Origin: a virus
Taxonomy: Duplodnaviria; Caudoviricetes
Strand: one strand, 5' to 3'
Length of the DNA stretch: 60,171 bases
Virus record (IMG/VR): IMGVR_UViG_3300042887_002054
Location: 1 to 60,171 of that record
Part shown: positions 38,397-48,927 of the stretch, piece by piece
Position numbering within the stretch: the stretch's first letter is position 1
Layout: the number at the start of each line of letters is the position of its first letter
The notes under the pieces: model-generated
What the model was told of the DNA's origin: nothing
Databases searched by the model: none
Seen by the model: the letters and a program-made list of their open reading frames with translations, nothing else
Translations under genes and position numbers: made by a program

Positions 38397-40187
38397 CTAA
38401 TGTGTTAAACCACAGTTAACTGTGTAAGATGTATTAGGAGATACTGTAAATTCATAGGAAGCTACTACGTTATTTCCTTGAGAATAAGCAACAGTTGCTA
38501 CTCTACTACCATTAAAATTAACATAAGCATATGTTGTTGTACAAGGAGGATAATCATGTGTATACGCAATACTTCTTATATAAACTACTGAATTACCACG
38601 AACATTTGATTGAGAATATCCTCCAAATGTTTGGAAAGTACCTGTACCACCGGTTCCAGTAAAGCTATTATAAACATAGTTTCCTGAAGAACCCCACGGA
38701 CCTATATAGTTTCCATCTGGGTCAGTTGCTTCAAAGAAACATCCATGATCGACTGAGAAAGAACAGCCATCATATAATTGACCATTATCTTCATACATGA
38801 TGACATTAGCTGGTAATTGTGTAGGAGTAGGAGTAGGTGTTGGTGTAGCTGTAAGTGTTCTTGTTGCTGTTTGAGTAGGGGTGTTTGTTGGGGTTGGTGT
38901 ATTTGTTGATGTTGAAGTATTTGTTGGTGTAGGTGTTGGCGTTAATGTTCTTGTTGCAGTCAACGTTTGAGTAGCAGTTGGAGTAACTGTTCTTGTTGCA
39001 GTCAACGTTTGAGTAGCAGTAGCAGTAACTGTTCTTGTTGCAGTTAATGTTGGAGTTTGTGTAGAAGTTTGAGTTGGAGTATTAGTTGGTGTCGGTGTAT
39101 TTGTTGCAGTTAATGTTTGAGTTGCAGTTGGAGTAACTGTTCTTGTTGCTGTTAATGTTGGAGTACGTGTTGGTGTTGGTGTTGGTGTAGGAGTAGGAGC
39201 AAAGAAAGTAACGTTAATTCCAAATTCACAATCTGGTTCAATAACATTAAATCTTACTAGTGCTTTATTACTAGTTAAAACTGTTCCACAAGTATCATTT
39301 AATAAAGCATCTACAGTATAATAAGCATCATAAGTTCCTGGAGTAAAAAACTTCCAGTTACTAGATGTTATAGGTTGATATGTTACTGGACTGCCTCCAG
39401 GAATAATAACATCAGCATACATTACTACTGATTCACTAAAACTACCTGTTAATTTGATAATATCTAGTTGATCAATACTTCCGGATAACACTACAGAACC
39501 TGTAAGTATTGTTCCTGATCTAGCGATGTCATTAGTTAAAATTACACTTCCTGATTTAGTTAAATCACTTGATCTAACTGTTATAATATTTGCAACTGCT
39601 AAAGGAGGAAGAGGGAACATATTTTGATAATCCTGATTAGTAATTACTGCTAGTCCTTGAGGATAAAATATATTACCAACATGATTACTTCCGGTGTCAA
39701 ATAAATTTCCATTACCATCATCTGTTATATAATAAGCAGAAGATGATAGTTTAAAATTATATGGTAATACTTTTTCACCATATACATCTTGATTAATAGC
39801 TAATACACGAATACCTGCATTAGTACCTGTAGGAAAATTCTTAATTAAATTAGGATTTTCATCATAAATAAAATATGATGAAGTAGCGTATTGTTGAGAG
39901 GCTGATTCATATAAGAATGAATTAGCTAAAGAAGAGGTATCTAAAAAAGAACCACTAAATGAGTGGTAGAATAAATGATTAATTTGATCATAAACTAAAC
40001 GTTCATACTGCCCTTCAGTTACAGGGTCCATGGTAGTGTCAAAGCTACCAGACATGTTAGTACCTTTATAAATCGTTATATGTTCAGAAGAAGTAGGGTA
40101 TGAACAGTAGGATAAATCCCATTGTTTATTTGCTGCATAAGCAACATTCGTAACGTCTGACTTGTTTAGTTGTTTGAATGATGACAT
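38397..40187 (-). CDS. Baseplate/tail-associated protein with a long mucin-like Thr/Pro stalk and a distal domain
   Basis: The N-terminal part (DDGNGNL...VGNIFY) parallels 40194..41195. It is followed by about 125 aa of Thr-rich repeats. Confidence 0.75.
   Translation of the reverse strand: MSSFKQLNKSDVTNVAYAANKQWDLSYCSYPTSSEHITIYKGTNMSGSFDTTMDPVTEGQYERLVYDQINHLFYHSFSGSFLDTSSLANSFLYESASQQYATSSYFIYDENPNLIKNFPTGTNAGIRVLAINQDVYGEKVLPYNFKLSSSAYYITDDGNGNLFDTGSNHVGNIFYPQGLAVITNQDYQNMFPLPPLAVANIITVRSSDLTKSGSVILTNDIARSGTILTGSVVLSGSIDQLDIIKLTGSFSESVVMYADVIIPGGSPVTYQPITSSNWKFFTPGTYDAYYTVDALLNDTCGTVLTSNKALVRFNVIEPDCEFGINVTFFAPTPTPTPTPTRTPTLTATRTVTPTATQTLTATNTPTPTNTPTQTSTQTPTLTATRTVTATATQTLTATRTVTPTATQTLTATRTLTPTPTPTNTSTSTNTPTPTNTPTQTATRTLTATPTPTPTPTQLPANVIMYEDNGQLYDGCSFSVDHGCFFEATDPDGNYIGPWGSSGNYVYNSFTGTGGTGTFQTFGGYSQSNVRGNSVVYIRSIAYTHDYPPCTTTYAYVNFNGSRVATVAYSQGNNVVASYEFTVSPNTSYTVNCGLTH
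38820..39198 (-). repeat. Thr/Pro coding repeats, including tandem 42-bp units ([14 protein letters not shown])
   Basis: Near-identical GCAGTCAACGTTTGAGTAGCAGT.G.AGTAACTGTTCTTGTT units around 38956-39040, with further degenerate copies. Confidence 0.9.
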
Positions 40188-40193
40188 ACATGA

Positions 40194-41195
40194 TTAGTAA
40201 TCTAACTTCACTCTAATTAATGCCTCTTTAGTAAAATCTTTTACTAATGGTTTACTTAATTTAGCTACTGCTAATAATTCATTATTGTTATTATACATAC
40301 CTACTGTTGTAATGTATGTTTGAGGATTATTAATTAATGAGGTATATAATAAGTTACCATTAGCATCTATAATAGATGGGTTTGTTGTATAATTGTATTC
40401 ACTATTTTTAATACGAGTAAAGAAATAACGTGCAGAAACAGTTTCAGATGATTTTAAAGTAAAACTACCTGTAGCATTACCTCTAGCAATTGAATCATAT
40501 AAATTTCTATGATTATAAGCTGTTGTGTTACCTAAACTAGAAGTAACAAAATAACCACCACCAATACTAGATGTTAAAGCATTTGCATCTAATACAATGA
40601 TATCTAAATCTGGGAAGAATAAACCATAGTAAGTAGTTGCAGACCCTGTTGTAAAATAAGAACCATTACTTCCACTAATTACATTAAAATATCTATTTTC
40701 ACCAAGAAAACGAGTTAAATTTGTAGTACCACTATCATCTGTTAAGAATAAAGAACTTGTAGCTGTACCTTTCAATACTAAATTTAAAGAACCAGGTAAT
40801 AAAGATTCTTTGTAACGAGCTCTAGAAATATTAATTACATAAATTGAATCTGAAGTAGTACTATTATTATCAAAACTGAAGTTTGTTGTTTCAGTTCCAT
40901 AAACTAAATTTCTGTATTGTCCATAAACAACACGAGATGGACTATAACCAGGAACTGCAACATTAATTGGAGCGGATCCTGAACCATTCAAATTACCATA
41001 TTGAATACTAAATTGAACAGAAGCAGAATTTACTGTTGATGGATTACCATCATACACATCTAAATAATATTCAGTTGGTGTTACTGATGAGGTAAAAAAG
41101 GCTGGTAGAGAATTAGCGTCTCCACTAAATAAACCACGTACCACGGTTTCTGAACTAATTACTGAATCTTCTGGGTTATATATTGTAAATGACAT
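40194..41195 (-). CDS. Baseplate/tail structural protein
   Basis: S/T/N-rich, C-terminal VGMYNxxNELLAVAK motif typical of baseplate/tail-collar proteins. Confidence 0.7.
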   Translation of the reverse strand: MSFTIYNPEDSVISSETVVRGLFSGDANSLPAFFTSSVTPTEYYLDVYDGNPSTVNSASVQFSIQYGNLNGSGSAPINVAVPGYSPSRVVYGQYRNLVYGTETTNFSFDNNSTTSDSIYVINISRARYKESLLPGSLNLVLKGTATSSLFLTDDSGTTNLTRFLGENRYFNVISGSNGSYFTTGSATTYYGLFFPDLDIIVLDANALTSSIGGGYFVTSSLGNTTAYNHRNLYDSIARGNATGSFTLKSSETVSARYFFTRIKNSEYNYTTNPSIIDANGNLLYTSLINNPQTYITTVGMYNNNNELLAVAKLSKPLVKDFTKEALIRVKLDY

Positions 41196-41208
41196 TGTTT
41201 ATATTATT

Positions 41209-41874
41209 TTAAACTGTAGCTACTTTTTGAATGTTTAATGGTATAGTAATTCTAGCACCACTATCTCTACCAATAACGGTAATGGTAGTTGTTAATGTAG
41301 TCAAACTAGATCCAAACAAAGTGTTGATTGTAGTACCTGTTATTGTGAATGAAGTACCAACTTGACTTGTTGATAATACAGCACCTGATGTTGTGTTTAA
41401 ACCTGTGATTCCTGGTGTTGTTACTACAATACCTGTTCCTGCAAATGAAGATAATAATCTTGAATCAGAAACAGTTACAATGTATCCGTTTGCTTCAAAT
41501 GTGCTTGTAGCACCTAAGTAATTAAGTGTTTGTGGAGTTATTGTTAAAGAAGCTCCTTGACGTAATGTTATACTGTTGTATCCAACATTAATAACTGGTA
41601 AACGTGATGTACCACGAGGTAAAGTTACTAATTTGTAACGCATGATTTGTGAATCATCAGGAATAGCCTCAATTACAGGCATATTTTCAATTGCTTCACC
41701 ATAGTAAGCAGATCCTGATGGGTGCAATGGATTATATAAAGTATAATCAATTTCATCATCAGCTAATGAAAATTGTGTAATTTGAAAAGAACCGTCGTTA
41801 CGAGCTAATAATTCACGTCCCTTAGTGGTTAATATTGCGTCTACGGTTACAAATGTAGGATTTAAAATTGCCAT
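41209..41874 (-). CDS. Tail/baseplate structural protein
   Basis: LTTKGRELLA...ITQFSLADDEIDY N-terminus, Ig-like C-terminus, late motif at 41896-41904. Confidence 0.65.
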   Translation of the reverse strand: MAILNPTFVTVDAILTTKGRELLARNDGSFQITQFSLADDEIDYTLYNPLHPSGSAYYGEAIENMPVIEAIPDDSQIMRYKLVTLPRGTSRLPVINVGYNSITLRQGASLTITPQTLNYLGATSTFEANGYIVTVSDSRLLSSFAGTGIVVTTPGITGLNTTSGAVLSTSQVGTSFTITGTTINTLFGSSLTTLTTTITVIGRDSGARITIPLNIQKVATV

Positions 41875-41920
41875 AATTCTTTATGTTGTATATATTATAA
41901 ATATATTAAATTGTTAATTT

Positions 41921-44900
41921 TTAAACGGTATTTATTGTTATTCCTGAATTGGTTGATAATAATTTTTGTTTTACTTGTCTAGTTATAGTATCAATATTTC
42001 TTAATAAATCTGGTGATAAATTATCAGGGATTAAAAATCCATATGAAGTTACATCATCGTCTTTATCAAAAGATAAATTAACATTAGTTTCATCAGGTAC
42101 TTTAGATAAAAGTAATACTTTACTTACTGTATTAGATGCATAAGTACCAGCAGATAAATTAGTTACTAAGTTCGGTGTTACACCTATACTATACTTTGTA
42201 CCTGGATTCACACGGCTAATATTTAATTCTTGATATTGTGTATTGTTATTATAATAAAGAAAAATCACATCTCCAACCTTAGGTGAAAACGTATTGTCTA
42301 CATTTCCGTAAGCATTATGTAAACTAACAGAACTAGTAGCAGGTAAATATTGATAATCAATAAAACTTGATAATGATTGATTAAATGTTAAAGTATCAAC
42401 ACCATTAGAGCCTGATATAAATTGTCCTGATCCTGTAGTTGCATTTGGGTTTATACCTGAAAATCCTAATGCATTTTTAAGTCCTGTGTAAACGGTACCA
42501 TCACCTGTACTTAATAAAGATGATGTTAAATTACCTGAAACTCCATACTGTCTTAATTGGAATGTAATTTGGTCTCCAGGAGCAAAATCTCTAAATGAAC
42601 TAGTAACTGTAAAGTTTAAAATACCAGATAAAGAAGCAACAGATGAAGTAAAGACTTGAGTTTGAGTTCCTATAGATGAGCTTGTTGTTGTTCCTGTTGG
42701 ATTATAAAATAAATCAAATTTATAAGTTACTGAAGAGGCAGCAGTTGGAAATTGAACATTTATACCAAAATTAGCTGAAAAGGCCATGTTAGTATTTTGA
42801 GAAATACTATACGTAGGGAAATTATTTGTATAATTAATAGACCCACTTCGCTTTATATTATAATAATAGCTATTACCAATTGAAAAGTTACTGTCTAGAA
42901 TATCAAAAGCAGCAAATATACTACCTGTATTTGGGGCAACAACAGATGATGTAGGATATAAGTTACTAGATCCCCCTGTTATAAAAAATCCACCATTATT
43001 AGCCGCCATTAAAATACCATTACCTTTACCTACATATTGAAAGTATAATTTTGGATCATTACTTCCACTGTAATATAAAATAGGATAATAAGAATAACCA
43101 CTGTCAAATATAGATTTAATACCATCAGTTGTCTTTTGATCTCCATATTGCTGGTTGTCAAATAGAGCAACAGTAGCTTGTCTTCCTAGTTTAAAAGTAT
43201 TTTGAACTTCAGCCCAGTTGCTACCAATACCATTTAATGGTGTTTGACTTAATTCAGTTAAACTACCACTTTCATCAATAAGATATTTTAATGATGTTTG
43301 ATTTCTAAGTGGGAAAAATGAACTACTTATAATTTGAGTAAATAATCCAATTTTTCTAACATAGTGATCTATAACTGCTGTTTTACCATACGAATTATCA
43401 CCAATGTACTCTAATGAAGATGAAGTATATATGTTATATTTAAGACTTGATATTTTTACACCTTTATGTCTTGGTAAAGTATACGAATCTAAAGATAAAT
43501 AAGAATCTTGTAATGACGCAGATAATAATAATGGATATGAACCACTTCCAATAATTCCTGAGCTACCTGATATTTCTAATTTTTGTCTTGAAGTTGAAAA
43601 TAAACTTCTAGAAACATTATTTAACAATATGTTATAGTCAGAACGAATAAAATCATCATAACTTGGCATTTTAGGTAAAGAACTTCCTGGGTAAACTCCA
43701 TATGGGTTTATAGTGAAGAAAATTCCTGAAGCTGATACACTTGATGAGATTTGTTGAAATGAGCTACTATATGGTGCTAAAGATCTACTAAAGTTTAAAG
43801 CAACTGTAATATTTGATAAAGTTCCATTTACTGTTGAACCTGTTGGAACATATATTCTATCAGAAGTATTAGGGAATATTGATGACGTTGCTATAAATAA
43901 AATTCCATTTACATCAAATGATTGACTTGAAGGATTATCAACGGCTCCTGAAAAATTTAAAGTAGTACTTCCTGAAATTACATAGTAGGTATTAGCTACA
44001 GCTGAGCTTACAGCAAGACTTGATGTAAAGATTAAGTTTGAAAATTCATTATTAGCATTAATATATTGTATTGAACTACTATAAGGTGCTAAAGATTTAC
44101 TAAAGTTAAAAGAAGCAGAAATATTATTTACAGTATTATCAAAAGAAGATCCTGTAGAAACATATATAATAGATGGTGTATTAGCAGGTAATGTACTACC
44201 AGTAATAGCAATTATTACCCCATTTACATTAAATGATCCAGATGGTACAAAAGGTACTAATTGTGGTGCATTAAGTGTTAAAGAGGAAGGAGTAGAAACG
44301 AACGATGCTGTAACATCAGATCTAAAAGTATTTGTTAAATCACTAAAATACTGTGTTTTATACCCATATATTGGGAAAGGATTTGAAGAAGATACTTGTG
44401 GAGAGAAAGCGTTTGATGAAGTATATTGCAATCCTCGTATCCAAGGATTAGGATTACTTTCAAAATAACTATTATATATATCTATTTCTGTTCCTGGTAT
44501 TTCACCATTAATATATGATGTTCTACTGCCTGATAAATAAGAATACCAATTATCATATACTGATTCAAATACTGGGGCAACTATACTACCATCTTTTTCA
44601 GCTTCATTTGTTGTATTATTAGGACGAGCATAAGACCATTTATTTCTCTCTAAAACAGGAGAATTAATAGTTACACCTGTTGAAAGACTAGTTCTTGCAG
44701 GAACATAATCTTCTAACATCTTAAACATTGAATTATCAAAGAACTGAATTAAACGAATGAATCCATTGTAATCTAAAAGTGAGCCTGTAAATCCAACATA
44801 TGAGCCAGTTCCATTAACAAAGTAAATTTGTCTTTGATTATCTAAATCACTATATGAACCACTATATAATTGTTGAGGATTACCTATGTAATTATCTATT

Positions 44901-47428
44901 GACCAATTAGTATTAATAGATGAAATAGATTTAGAAACATATGTATCTAACTGTGTTTGAGGTGAAAATGATATATCAACATAATGTTCATCTGCTGTTC
45001 TAAAATTAGACGATGCTGTTGTATACTGTAACACACTTGTAAAAGGTGATAAAACACTGCCTGAAGTACCAGCTACGCTTGCAGTAATATTATTAACAAT
45101 TCTAACTTTATCGTTATTATATCCTGCTAATAATCCTTCTGTAGTTGAACCACCATATTCTTTTACATTTAATACACTGCTTGTTAAAGCACTTCCTGTA
45201 GGGGTATACCAATATGAAGCAGAATTATTAGTATCATAGATTGTATAATAATCTTGGTTAGAAATACCAAATGTAGATAATAATGTTCTTAAACCAGCAA
45301 CAGTACCCTTACGTTGTAATAATAAAGGTAAATTATGGTAAATACGTTTATATGATTCTGCTAAAATATCTTTTTTAGGAATAGTATTTAAAAAAGAACC
45401 TGTTCCTCCAGAAAAATATAATGTAGTACTTCCAGAAATAGCATAGTAGGAATTAGCTAAATCACCATCTAAATTAAAACTTGTTGTAAAATTTAAATTT
45501 GATGAAGAATTTTGAGTGGTAATATATTGTAAAGAAGAACTATAAAAAGAGAATGAACTACTTACGTTAAATGATGCAACAATGTTATTTAAAGTATCAT
45601 TAAATGTAGAACCAGTTGGAATATATATAGTAGTTGGTGTGTTTAATGGACCCGAATATATACTGCTTGAAATACTACCTGTAATATTTAATATAGTTCC
45701 ATTTACAATAAAAGATCCTGTTGGGTTTAATATTGGTGACAAACTAGCACTGCTTATAGATAAAGTAGCTGGGATATTACCTAATGTAAAATTTTCGTTA
45801 AAATTACTACTTCCACTATTTCCTAATAAATAATTAGCAATGTTTTGATTACCAAGACTATTAAATATACTTACTCCTAAAGATTGTAACATGTTGTATA
45901 CAAGATCTTTAGAAATACCAATCTCTAAATTGTTATTAGCTAAATTTATTTCAGGGATTGTTTTAATATATACCCATATATTATCAAAAAACTGACCCAT
46001 CATATTTAAAAAGGTCACATAATTTGCATTATCAGGATCATCTACTATATATCCTGGTACTGAGTATTTAAAGTAATCAACATTATTTGAGTCATAGTCT
46101 TCAGCCTTTAAGGATGAAGATGCATACCAAATACCTGCTACTGATGATGTTGTAGGTAATAAAACATATGGTTTATAGCTTCCTGATTTAGGATAAGGAG
46201 TAATTCCATATTGGTCTGTTGAAAGTAAACTACCTGATTCAAAATATAAATAATTTTCAAATCCATCAAAATTTGAAATAATACTATTAATACTAGAAGA
46301 TAATGTGTTTATTTCTGATTGTAAACTGCTAGAAAAACTGCCTGAAAAACTACCACTTATTAAGTTGTAAGTTGGGTATTGAGCTATAAGATTGTTATAG
46401 TTTTCAATTTGTTGTACTTTAGTATAAAAATTATGTACACGTGATAAAGCAGATCCAAACGTTACAAAACTACCAAATCCACTTTCACCACTTCCATTAC
46501 CACTATAATTTATATTAATATCAATACTTTGAGAATTATTTAATTTAAATAATCCTTCTTGATCATTTGCAAACTGATTTTCATAGGGTCCGTCAGTTGA
46601 ATTTAGACCAAATCTTGATAGGTTACTAAAATTAGGTCCTCTTAATGTACTGCCTGTTGGTGCAGATAATATAGCATCAAGATTAATATCAAAAATATAA
46701 GGTGTTGAAATTTCTTCTACAACCCATAATGATGATTTTTCAGTAATAGAATCATCTAAAGTATTATATAATTTAAATAATATTTCATATCCAGTATCAA
46801 CTCTATTTAAAACAATATTAGTAACAAGTTCTTGTATATTATTACCAAAATTTAAAAGAAAAGGATCGAAAATAGAAGATGTAGTATAAGATTCTATTAA
46901 AGCAAGAGAACCTGTTTCGATTTGATTATCTGTTAGTACTACAGATCCAACTCTAATTTCTGTTCTATCAGGAGAAATTTCTTTAATAAATAATTCTGCT
47001 GAGGGGTAGCTTGAAATTTTATTTCTAAATATATTATATTGAACCTTAAATTCACCTGATGAATAACCTAGATTTTGTAAATCTTGTACAGGATCAATTT
47101 CAATAACAGGATATGTTGAAGAAGTTGTACTTAAATTAGATACACTACCTACTTGAGCACCTGTGGCTGTTTGGTTTGTTGTATTTAAATCAGGGGTTGT
47201 TCCTGGATTTAGAGGTTCATCTGTAGGTAATTTATAACTACGATAATTGTAATTATCTTCTAATGGATTACTAGTAATGTCATAAACATGATATTCTATA
47301 TAATCACTAAAAGGATCAAAATTTTTCTTAATATTTAAAGAAGTAATTAACCTTAAGTCATCTGTTTCATAACGTGAAACTTGACTTGTACTTAGAATAC
47401 TACCTACTATTTTAATATTATCTGCCAT
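41921..47428 (-). CDS. Very large structural protein (baseplate wedge/fibre-like, 1835 aa)
   Basis: KGTVAGLRTLLSTFG wedge-like motif, S/G/T-rich, three internal repeat modules. Confidence 0.7.
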   Translation of the reverse strand: MADNIKIVGSILSTSQVSRYETDDLRLITSLNIKKNFDPFSDYIEYHVYDITSNPLEDNYNYRSYKLPTDEPLNPGTTPDLNTTNQTATGAQVGSVSNLSTTSSTYPVIEIDPVQDLQNLGYSSGEFKVQYNIFRNKISSYPSAELFIKEISPDRTEIRVGSVVLTDNQIETGSLALIESYTTSSIFDPFLLNFGNNIQELVTNIVLNRVDTGYEILFKLYNTLDDSITEKSSLWVVEEISTPYIFDINLDAILSAPTGSTLRGPNFSNLSRFGLNSTDGPYENQFANDQEGLFKLNNSQSIDININYSGNGSGESGFGSFVTFGSALSRVHNFYTKVQQIENYNNLIAQYPTYNLISGSFSGSFSSSLQSEINTLSSSINSIISNFDGFENYLYFESGSLLSTDQYGITPYPKSGSYKPYVLLPTTSSVAGIWYASSSLKAEDYDSNNVDYFKYSVPGYIVDDPDNANYVTFLNMMGQFFDNIWVYIKTIPEINLANNNLEIGISKDLVYNMLQSLGVSIFNSLGNQNIANYLLGNSGSSNFNENFTLGNIPATLSISSASLSPILNPTGSFIVNGTILNITGSISSSIYSGPLNTPTTIYIPTGSTFNDTLNNIVASFNVSSSFSFYSSSLQYITTQNSSSNLNFTTSFNLDGDLANSYYAISGSTTLYFSGGTGSFLNTIPKKDILAESYKRIYHNLPLLLQRKGTVAGLRTLLSTFGISNQDYYTIYDTNNSASYWYTPTGSALTSSVLNVKEYGGSTTEGLLAGYNNDKVRIVNNITASVAGTSGSVLSPFTSVLQYTTASSNFRTADEHYVDISFSPQTQLDTYVSKSISSINTNWSIDNYIGNPQQLYSGSYSDLDNQRQIYFVNGTGSYVGFTGSLLDYNGFIRLIQFFDNSMFKMLEDYVPARTSLSTGVTINSPVLERNKWSYARPNNTTNEAEKDGSIVAPVFESVYDNWYSYLSGSRTSYINGEIPGTEIDIYNSYFESNPNPWIRGLQYTSSNAFSPQVSSSNPFPIYGYKTQYFSDLTNTFRSDVTASFVSTPSSLTLNAPQLVPFVPSGSFNVNGVIIAITGSTLPANTPSIIYVSTGSSFDNTVNNISASFNFSKSLAPYSSSIQYINANNEFSNLIFTSSLAVSSAVANTYYVISGSTTLNFSGAVDNPSSQSFDVNGILFIATSSIFPNTSDRIYVPTGSTVNGTLSNITVALNFSRSLAPYSSSFQQISSSVSASGIFFTINPYGVYPGSSLPKMPSYDDFIRSDYNILLNNVSRSLFSTSRQKLEISGSSGIIGSGSYPLLLSASLQDSYLSLDSYTLPRHKGVKISSLKYNIYTSSSLEYIGDNSYGKTAVIDHYVRKIGLFTQIISSSFFPLRNQTSLKYLIDESGSLTELSQTPLNGIGSNWAEVQNTFKLGRQATVALFDNQQYGDQKTTDGIKSIFDSGYSYYPILYYSGSNDPKLYFQYVGKGNGILMAANNGGFFITGGSSNLYPTSSVVAPNTGSIFAAFDILDSNFSIGNSYYYNIKRSGSINYTNNFPTYSISQNTNMAFSANFGINVQFPTAASSVTYKFDLFYNPTGTTTSSSIGTQTQVFTSSVASLSGILNFTVTSSFRDFAPGDQITFQLRQYGVSGNLTSSLLSTGDGTVYTGLKNALGFSGINPNATTGSGQFISGSNGVDTLTFNQSLSSFIDYQYLPATSSVSLHNAYGNVDNTFSPKVGDVIFLYYNNNTQYQELNISRVNPGTKYSIGVTPNLVTNLSAGTYASNTVSKVLLLSKVPDETNVNLSFDKDDDVTSYGFLIPDNLSPDLLRNIDTITRQVKQKLLSTNSGITINTV

Positions 47429-47432
47429 TATC

Positions 47433-47780
47433 TTATTGCTGTTGAGAACCCTGTCTTGCAGCGTTCACTGTGGTTTGTATTTCTACTAATTGTTGTCTTA
47501 ATGAAGTAATTTCATCTAACAATGCTTGAATATCTGTATCATCTATTCTTACTCCTAAAGTACCTGCTATTCTTTCTAGCAATTGTCTTAAAATATCTTC
47601 TGGTAGGAAGTCATATAAAGAATTAAATAGTGCTAAAAAATCTTCTATTGTAAAAGATGGGATAGCTGCATCCTGTGCATCTACTTGAACGGCTGGAGGT
47701 AATTGACTAAATTGTCTATTAATTACTTTATCAAAAGCATCTTTATTAAATACTGTTTTCTCTAATGGTATACGAGACAT
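47433..47780 (-). CDS. Hypothetical structural-module protein
   Basis: Coupled ORF with a C-terminal coiled coil. Confidence 0.55.
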   Translation of the reverse strand: MSRIPLEKTVFNKDAFDKVINRQFSQLPPAVQVDAQDAAIPSFTIEDFLALFNSLYDFLPEDILRQLLERIAGTLGVRIDDTDIQALLDEITSLRQQLVEIQTTVNAARQGSQQQ

Positions 47781-48883
47781 TATCTTATAACTTTAAAATA
47801 GTAATTATTATCAGATATAACTGTTTCACCATCTAAAAGCTCTGTTTTAAACAACAACTTGTAGTAACGTTCAGGTTCTAATCCATTCATATAAACATCA
47901 AAATAATTGCCTTGAGAATCACAACTTATTTTAGTATATGTTCTGTCATAATCTACGACAATTTCTTCGGTATCCAAGTCCTTTATTGACCAATATGAAG
48001 AAGTAGGTAAAGCTTTATTATTTAAATAAAGTGAAGTGGTTGAAAAAGATCTAGATGGAAACTGATCTCTAACATTTACTCTAAAACGTTGAACTGAATC
48101 TTGTTGGTATTCACCCTTGTTATTACCTAAACTAGCTACAAATGTGCTAGATGTAACTTGTGTTAAAGAACTAGTATATGAAAAATCATTCCATCTTATT
48201 TCTAAACAAGGAGGATAAATTGTATGAGTATTTCCTGAGAAATATTTTGTTTCAAATTTAGATTGAGATGTAAATTCTATAGATGAACTATGTTTTAAAA
48301 TAAAACCATCATTAGGTATTGAACTACTATACCAAGCTCTTACAGTATTAGATACTTTTAATTCAATATCCTTAGAAGTTGAATTTGTAAAGGATTGTGT
48401 TGCTTGATAATTTACATTTGAATTCCATGTACCACCACCAGACACTGCTGCACTTCCACTTCTATACGAACCAGTTACACCTGATGGGAATGAATTATTA
48501 ATCCAAGCATTACCACCATTTTGATCTTTGTATTGCCAACTAACTCCATCTGTAGTAATAGGAGAATTACCTAATCTACCAGTACCCATATTCCAACTTC
48601 CTGATAGTGGGTGACACAATAATGTATAGTCTAAAGGTATAGATGAAGCGTTAGCTAAATATAACTTTAAATATGCATCAAAATTATTATTACCTACTTT
48701 ATTAGCAAGTATATCGCTTATTTGAGCAGAAGGGAATTTAATAACAGCACGTGACACTTCATCAGTACCATTAATTGAATAGAAAGTGCTAATCTCTAAT
48801 ATTTCATCTAATCCTGTGTTTAATGTAGGATAGAATGAATACAGAGTAGCACTCTTTTCAGGAAATATTTTATAGATTGCCAT
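47780..48883 (-). CDS. Structural protein, beta-sandwich (DNRLRE-like pattern)
   Basis: NTGLDEILEI...SRAVIKF...AYLKLY...W..G.G...NDGFILK...PCLEIRW. Late motif at 48901-48909. Confidence 0.6.
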   Translation of the reverse strand: MAIYKIFPEKSATLYSFYPTLNTGLDEILEISTFYSINGTDEVSRAVIKFPSAQISDILANKVGNNNFDAYLKLYLANASSIPLDYTLLCHPLSGSWNMGTGRLGNSPITTDGVSWQYKDQNGGNAWINNSFPSGVTGSYRSGSAAVSGGGTWNSNVNYQATQSFTNSTSKDIELKVSNTVRAWYSSSIPNDGFILKHSSSIEFTSQSKFETKYFSGNTHTIYPPCLEIRWNDFSYTSSLTQVTSSTFVASLGNNKGEYQQDSVQRFRVNVRDQFPSRSFSTTSLYLNNKALPTSSYWSIKDLDTEEIVVDYDRTYTKISCDSQGNYFDVYMNGLEPERYYKLLFKTELLDGETVISDNNYYFKVIR

Positions 48884-48927
48884 AGTTAGTAATTACTACA
48901 TATAAATATGGTAACTATCAAACTATT

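Noticed and set aside
38820-39198. Tandem repeats as a possible CRISPR array
   Set aside because: They are in-frame coding repeats with no unique spacers. The Cas4-like fold at 29726-30508 is a common phage exonuclease next to primase.
4032-45833. Plus-strand ORFs in the track (for example 4032, 7929, 8384, 9859, 12797, 21818, 23852, 25356, 30435, 41949, 45582)
   Set aside because: All are antisense shadows of well-supported minus-strand genes, with no recognisable motifs.
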